Source of the DNA: Azolla caroliniana | Taxonomy: Eukaryota; Plantae; Polypodiophyta | DNA length: 16,059 nt | Direction: 5' to 3' | Assembly (NCBI GenBank): GCA_043228905.1 | Contig: JBHGNT010000763.1 | Span: 1 to 16,059, forward strand | In this document: in pieces, positions 10,804 through 16,059 of the stretch | Layout: each line of letters starts with the position of its first letter | Position numbering within the stretch: the stretch's first letter is position 1 | Made by a program: the position numbers and the translations under genes | Notes under the pieces: model-generated | Seen by the model: the letters and a program-made list of their open reading frames with translations, nothing else | Told to the model about the DNA's origin: nothing | Databases searched by the model: none

Positions 10804-11188
10804 TGTTGAGAGGACAAGCTCAACCGGATCTGGATCAGCTGAATAAGCCAGAGCCAGATCGGTATCCGGAACGGAGAACTAGGTAGGTATCCGGAACCAA
10901 CGGTTGGATCAGAGAGATGGATCAGATTGTAATCGGTAGGCCGTTAGAGGTCTACAATCTTAGCCTAGTACGTAGGTAGATTCCTTGGAGTTAGTGTTAG
11001 TCGCTCGTATGAGCATTGAAGGACTTGTCAGTCCTTTTAGGAACTTTTATAAAAAGTGTTCTATAGGACATTTGTATGTACAAAGAGTTTTTAATGTTTT
11101 GGAATACACAGGTTTTCTGTGTTCTGCTCTAATTCTATCTCTACCATGTAAGGTTTCCATTAAACCTATGTCTGTATTCCTTTGCTAT
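10804..11188 (+). repeat. Copia 3' LTR, left part (truncated here by element C)
   Basis: Starts TGTTGAGA after the PPT; GGATC/CCGGA-rich U3; TATAAAAA near 11048; no CA terminus matching the start before element C begins. Confidence 0.75.
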
Positions 11189-11544
11189 TGTCATGAACAT
11201 CAACTTGAATTTTAGCCTTACGTTCTTGTATAAATATATTTCTCCTAGACAAACTTTAGATTTTAAACCTTTGTATAAAGAGTTGTATATAAGACCGACC
11301 GAGTATGTAAGATTGAGTATGTAAGACTGAGTACGTAAGACTTGGCATGCAAGAATTAATATGCTTGATATTATAGTATGTAAGACTTGGCATGAGCATG
11401 CTTATCATGCTTCACTACATGTATAAAAAGGGTTGATCTCCCTTGTTAACATATAGGAAATCAACACAAGTCATGGAATAGATATTCTTACTCATGGTCA
11501 TCAACTTCCCCATCTCTTTATCTTCCAATTGTTCATCCGTGACA
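11189..11544 (+). repeat. 5' LTR of element C (356 bp)
   Basis: TGTCATGA...CCGTGACA termini; TATAAAA at 11422-11428; gag ATG 45 nt downstream. The partner LTR is outside the window. Confidence 0.8.
11301..11342. repeat. Three tandem 14-bp repeats GAGTAYGTAAGAYT in U3 of LTR C, plus a fourth copy near 11375
   Basis: GAGTATGTAAGATT, GAGTATGTAAGACT, GAGTACGTAAGACT. Confidence 0.85.
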
Positions 11545-11546
11545 AA

Positions 11547-11556
11547 TTGATTTCCT
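11547..11556 (+). promoter_or_regulatory. Self-priming PBS of element C
   Basis: TTGATTTCCT, 2 nt after the LTR, is the exact reverse complement of AGGAAATCAA (11455-11464), 33 nt after the TATA start; there is no TGG tRNA-type PBS. Confidence 0.8.
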
Positions 11557-11588
11557 TCCTTCTTTTTCTTCTTTCTCAATACACTATC

Positions 11589-12554
11589 ATGTTAGAATCA
11601 TCTAGTAACCTTGAGCAAATTTTGGTGGTCTTGCAACAACTCCAACATGAGAATGCCAACTTGCGAAACACCGTCCAAGAACTTCAGGCAACCACAATGG
11701 TCATACCTCACCCAATTATTGACCCTTCTACGACAAAACCCAAGGTTAGCTTGCCAGATAAATTCGATGGAACAAGGTCATGGTTAAAAGGCTTCATCAA
11801 CTAGATCCATCTTATTACTCGTCGTCAGCCCCGACGCTATTCTGATGACTTTCGATGAGTCAGGCTCATCGGCACATTGCTGACAAGACAAGCCCAAGCT
11901 TGGTTTGCCCCTCTGTTGGAGACCTCTTTGCCCCTCTTGACCGACTTCCAAACATTTCTTTATCGAATTCGAAGCAACTTTCGAGGAGACTGACAAATGA
12001 CGAGCTGCACTCAACAAATTATATGCATTACAACAAGGAGAACGTGCGGCATCAATCTATGCATACGAATGGGATGGACAAGCCCTCCTCAATCAATTTT
12101 GTCGAGGATTACGAGGTGAGATAAAAAATCTTTTGCTTAACTTTCTTGAGCCCACATCTTTGAATGAGGCTATTTCCCAAGTTGTGCACTACGATAACCG
12201 TCTCTTTGAGTTCCGGCAAGAGGAACATCCTCACCGGATCCATCCACCTTGGCCAGCCGCTACACAAAGTCACCTATTGTGGTCGACGGCCCCGATTCCC
12301 ATGTCACCCTCCACTTCATCTTCAACTCCTACAATACATTCTAGCTCCCCAATGGAGATCGATCGAGTTCGCTACCGACCATTGACGAACGCGCAACGAC
12401 AACAACGACGGGCCAACAATTTATGTCTCTACTATGGCGGCCTGACCATTTGATCCGCTCTTGCCCAAAAAAGGGACCCCATCAAACACCACATCGTGTG
12501 GATGGGGTTGACATTTTCTGTCAACAGGAAAACTCCAATGTCTAGTTGCAGTAG
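11589..12554 (+). pseudogene. gag: Element C gag pseudogene
   Basis: PKVSLPDKFDGTRS, AQAWFAPLLE, PTSLNEAISQ, PMEID, RRANNLCLYYGG-DHLIRSC (decayed CCHC); several stops and frameshifts. Confidence 0.9.
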
Positions 12555-14778
12555 GGGTTGTGCATCTGGACCACAAGAGTCGACAATTGTGTCAAGGGCC
12601 CAATCAACCAACTGCCTCAACAACAAGCTTCACACTTCCGATCACTCTTCAGTTTCGCTCTGAAGATAAAAGCTTTGTTGGATTCTGGGGCTATGTCGTG
12701 CTTTATTGATATCATGTTTGCACGGACACACAACATTCCAAGCAATAAAATAACTGTCCCGATTCCAGTTGAAGTGATTGACGGTCGAACGCTCTCTTCT
12801 GGTGCAATCACAGATACAACAATTCCCTTGAGTCTCCACATAGGAGGCCACCAAGAAGAAATCATTTTTAACCTCATCACATCACCTCGACATCCTATCA
12901 TCTTGGGGTTATCATGGCTCGAGACTCACAATCCAATCGTGGATTGGCAATCTCGCACCATTAACTTCACCTTGAATTCTTGCCCACAAGCGATTGCTTC
13001 CACTCTTCTTTGAGCCAATGCTCTGCCATTTGTTTGGACGCTTGTTCCGGCGAGGACCACATCAACGGTTGCTCCAATGCCCATTTCTACTCCGGTGAGG
13101 ACTGTGTCAACGGTTGCTCCCACTCATGTTTTGGAGGCAACTCCCGTTTCTGCTCCGGTGAGGACCACGTTAGCGGTCGCTCTGATTCCCATTTATGCTC
13201 TAGTAAGGACCGCGTCAACAGTTGCTCCCACTCATGTTTTGGAGGCAACTCCCATTTATGCTCTAGTGAGGACCGCGTCAACGGTTGCTCCCACTCATGT
13301 TTTGGAGGCAACTCCCATTTCTGCTCCGGTGAGGACCAAGTTAGCGGTCTCTCCCATTTCCTCTTCCGCGAGTACCGTGTCAACGGTTACTCCAATAGAA
13401 ACAACATCGATAGTTACTCCCGCTTCGGCCTCAAAAACAGTTTCCACCCTTGCTCGGGTAAGTGATATAGTGTTGATTGCATCCATTTCTAATTCTAAGG
13501 ACATGGCGGTCATGTCCACTCCAGACATTGCCCTATGTACTAGCTCTTTTCCATCAAAATACAATGACTTCTTTGATGTATTTGAGAAGAAAAAAGTTGA
13601 GCGTCTGCTTGAACATTGCCCATACGATTGTCCAATTGACTTGAAAGATGGTGCTTGTCCTCCTTTTTGCCCTGTCTATGGGTTATCTGAATCTGAACTC
13701 AAGGCCCTCAAAATATATATTGAAGAGAATCTCACAAAGGGATTTATTCGCCACTCAAAATCTCTAGTTGGCTATCCTACCCTATTTGTCAAAAAGAAAC
13801 ATGGAACGTTACGCTTATGTATCAACTATCGCGGGCACAATCGAGTCACTGTTCGAAACCGCTATCCACTACCTCTAATCCCCGAACTCCTCGACCGACT
13901 TCGGGCTAGGTGTATATTCTCCAAAATCGATCTCAGAGGCGCCTACAACTTGGTGCGTATCAAGCATGGAGATGAGTGGAAAACGACATTTCAAACCAGG
14001 TACAAGCATTTTGAATACACAGTAATGCCATTTGGTCTCACAAACATTCATCCAATTTTTCAACATATGATGAATGATATCTTCCGAGAATATCTGGACC
14101 AATTTGTGATCATCTATCTCGACGACATACTTATCTTCTCACAGGACTACATAGAGCACACCAAGCACATCCAACTTATCCTGTCCAAACTTCGGAAACA
14201 TGGACTTTATGCAAAACCTGAGAAGTGTGAGTTTGATCGAACCTCAATTGAATTCCTCAGGTATGTTATTTCATCTGATGGTCTCACTATGGACAAGAAG
14301 AAAGTCGCAACGGTTCAAGAGTGGGAAGTCCCCACCAGGATCAAGGATATGCAATCATTTTTGTGTTTTGCCAACTTCTATCGTCAATTCATTCAAGGAT
14401 TCTCTACATTGGCGCAACCCCTTATAGCACTCACTCAGAAAGATTCTCCTTTTTGCTGGACTCCTACAACCCAACTGGCATTCGAGACACCTAGATCTAC
14501 ACCTAGATCTGACCAAACCATTTATGATCGAAATTGATGCCTCTGACTTCGCCATTGGTGCCATTCTCTCTCAATCAGATAACAATGGGATCCTTCATCC
14601 TGTTGCCTTTTATTCTCAGAAGTTCACACCCCCTGAGATCAACTACCCAGTTTATGACAAAGAACTCTCTGCCATTATTGCCGCCTTTGAAGAAGGGTGT
14701 CCTTACTTGGAGGGCGCCCAACACCGTGTCCAGGTGGTGGCCGATCACAAGAACCTTGTCTACTTCACCACTACTCGC
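12533..14778 (+). pseudogene. pol: Element C pol pseudogene: protease, repeat linker, RT, partial RNase H
   Basis: ALLDSGAMSCFI, PIILGLSWLETHNPIVDW, YPLPLIPELLDRL, KIDLRGAYNLVRI, VMPFGLTN, YLDD, EIDASDFAIGAILSQ, NYPVYDKEL, DHKNLVYF. Confidence 0.93.
13050..13365 (+). repeat. In-frame minisatellite of 45- and 63-bp units between protease and RT of element C
   Basis: Units start at 13050, 13095, 13158, 13203, 13266 and 13329 and encode VRTxSTVAPTHVLEATPxxAx or VRTTLAVxxxPIxAx. Confidence 0.9.
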
Positions 14779-14883
14779 TGTCAGGAACAGTACTGAGACA
14801 GAGAAGGAATCAGTACTAAACGAAGGATTAGTACTATGAGAGGTGTAGAACTTCTTCGAGAGAAGGAAGGAGTGAGCAAGACG

Positions 14884-14896
14884 GAGAGAAAGAGAG

Positions 14897-14937
<41 letters not shown>

Positions 14938-14945
14938 GTGAGTGA
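14884..14945. repeat. Compound (AC)/(AG)15/(GTGA) microsatellite in R/U5 of LTR D
   Basis: Direct reading; (AG)n at 14905-14934. Confidence 0.95.
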
Positions 14946-15163
14946 TGATAAGAAAGATATGTATTATATGAAGAGAATATACAATGGTGGCTAAAAGGCT
15001 TAAGACTGGCGTTGAACCAATTTGGTTCAACATAATGCCTAGTGCCCTCTTTTATAGTGTTTTCAGGAGTAATCCTGAAGCTTCTAGAATGTTCCAGAGA
15101 AATCTGGAATATACACTAATTTCCTATAATAAAATGTAAATGAAAATAATATCCTACGTATTA

Positions 15164-15236
15164 CAATAGATGGTCTAATGGTAAAGAGCTCGACCCATAT
15201 AACCTAAGGTCATGGGTTCGAGTCTTGCCATATCAT
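15164..15236 (+). ncRNA. tRNA-like Pol III (A-box/B-box) module at the U3 tip of LTR D; not a canonical tRNA
   Basis: A box TGGTCTAATGG (15171-15181), AGGTC variable-loop-like segment, B box GGTTCGAGTCT (15215-15225); 44-nt spacing as in tRNA U8 to G52. Confidence 0.6.
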
Positions 15237-16057
15237 GACACTATCCTCCCTTTGAAACGACGAGTGTCACGAGTCGTCTTGGATTGAGGACCCGGTTTGT
15301 GTGGATATTGACGATGGAAGTCTTCAAGAAGAGCACGAGCATTGGTCATATTCTCGATCGGTTCCCAAGTACGTTTGTTGGGACTATAGCCTAGCCAATC
15401 GACTAGATAGTAGAGCTTGTTGCGAACAATCTTGGAATCAAGGATGGCGGCAACCTCGTACTCCGGCCCATCTTCAAGGTCGATCGGGGGTGGAGGTTGG
15501 ATAAGACATCCTGGGATGGTGCTCTCGTGGTAGGGTTCAAGGAGAGAACTATGAAACACCGGATGTATCCGAAGTTGAGGAGGTAGATCGAGACGAAAAG
15601 CGACATCATTAATCTGTCCAATAATACGGAAAGGACCTAATCGCCGATAATCCAACTTCTCACATGGGCGAGTAGTCTTGATGTGTCGTCGTAGCAGCCA
15701 CACCCGATCTCCAATATTAAAACTGGATGGAAGTCGATGACGATCCGCGTAGACCTTGTGTGTTTGTTGAGCTTGCTAAAGATGAGTATATAAATCCGCT
15801 TGTATCTTTCGTAACCGCTCCAAACGATCCTCCGCGCACGGATTTGTGGACACCTCTGGGGTTTCAAGTACACTCCACCGGGGGTGACATCCCGTACAAG
15901 CATAAAATGGCGTAACTTTAGTGGATGCGTGGATAGAGTTGTTATAGGCAAATTCGGCGAAGTGGAGAATATCTGCCCAGTCGTCCTGATGATAACTGAG
16001 AAAGCACCGCAGATACTGCTCCAGCGTTTGATTTGTTCGTTCAGCTTGGCCGTCGGT
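15233..16057 (-). pseudogene. pol: Element D integrase C-terminal half, GPY/F module and classical chromodomain; one in-frame stop
   Basis: TDGQAERTNQTLEQYLR, FAEFAYNN, TAG at 15776-15778, KLDYRRLGPF, IHPVFHSSLL, YEVAAILDSK...YLVDWLGY...TWEP. The stop codon lies inside the LTR. Confidence 0.93.
15241..15255 (-). promoter_or_regulatory. Polypurine tract of element D
   Basis: The minus strand reads CAAAGGGAGGATAG followed by TGTCATG. Confidence 0.8.
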
Positions 16058-16059
16058 TT

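Larger units (their letters stand above)
1..11188 (+). mobile_element. Degenerate Ty1/copia LTR retrotransposon (5' part outside window), interrupted by gypsy element A at 2925-10596 and, in its 3' LTR, by element C at 11189
   Basis: INT-RT-RNaseH domain order at 1-2490. The 3' region continues across the GACAG TSD (2920-2924/10597-10601) to PPT CTTGAGGTGGAG (10792-10803) and a TGTTG LTR start at 10804. Confidence 0.9.
11189..14778 (+). mobile_element. Degenerate Ty3/gypsy element C (Tcn1 / Tf1-sushi-like), interrupted by element D
   Basis: 5' LTR TGTCA...TGACA, non-tRNA PBS, PEG10/RTL1-like gag, protease LLDSGA, RT YLDD and RNase H cut at 14778. Confidence 0.9.
14779..15240 (-). repeat. 3' LTR of element D (462 bp)
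   Basis: TGTCA...TGACA termini, minus-strand TATAAAA at 15056-15050, adjacent PPT; breaks the element C RNase H after YFTTTR. Confidence 0.88.
14779..16059 (-). mobile_element. 3' end of Ty3/gypsy chromovirus element D (Tcn1-like), continuing beyond the window
   Basis: 3' LTR 14779-15240, PPT AAAGGGAGGATAG on the minus strand next to it, and integrase-chromodomain coding sequence. Confidence 0.92.

Noticed and set aside
10602-10809. Continuation of the copia pol extension frame to the LTR
   Set aside because: Five in-frame stops in this segment; cannot be called coding without a family consensus.
11189-11230. Possible decayed B box at the U3 tip of LTR C (minus strand AATTCAAGTT)
   Set aside because: Too degenerate and no matching A box; LTR C and LTR A show no convincing tRNA-like module.
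12980-13465. 161-aa Cys/His/Gly-rich ORF and the antisense repeat ORF 13087-13383
   Set aside because: Shadow frames of the triplet-length minisatellite inside pol.
14575-15033. 152-aa minus-strand ORF with an SLSLSL tract
   Set aside because: It spans an insertion junction and a (CT)n microsatellite; spurious.

Overview
The whole window is a nest of five LTR retrotransposons from a plant genome (most likely a moss or other non-seed plant; this is inference) and contains no host gene. The oldest layer is a decayed Ty1/copia element on + (integrase-RT-RNaseH at 1-2490, 3' region, PPT and 3' LTR from 10804). Into it inserted a young full-length chromoviral Ty3/gypsy element A on - (2925-10596; ~99% identical LTRs, GACAG TSD, tRNA-Met PBS). 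A's protease is split by a 729-bp solo LTR B (6552-7280, GCGG TSD). A Tcn1/Tf1-sushi-like gypsy element C on + (from 11189) sits in the copia 3' LTR and is itself interrupted in RNase H by gypsy element D on - (14779 onward, running off the window). Three signals stand out. (1) Two unrelated LTRs (B and D) each carry a tRNA-like A-box/B-box module with canonical tRNA spacing, antisense in U3. (2) Element C has a self-priming PBS complementary to its own predicted transcript start. (3) LTRs C, D and probably B have an inverted repeat straddling the predicted transcription start that could mask the self-primer in the 3' LTR copy.
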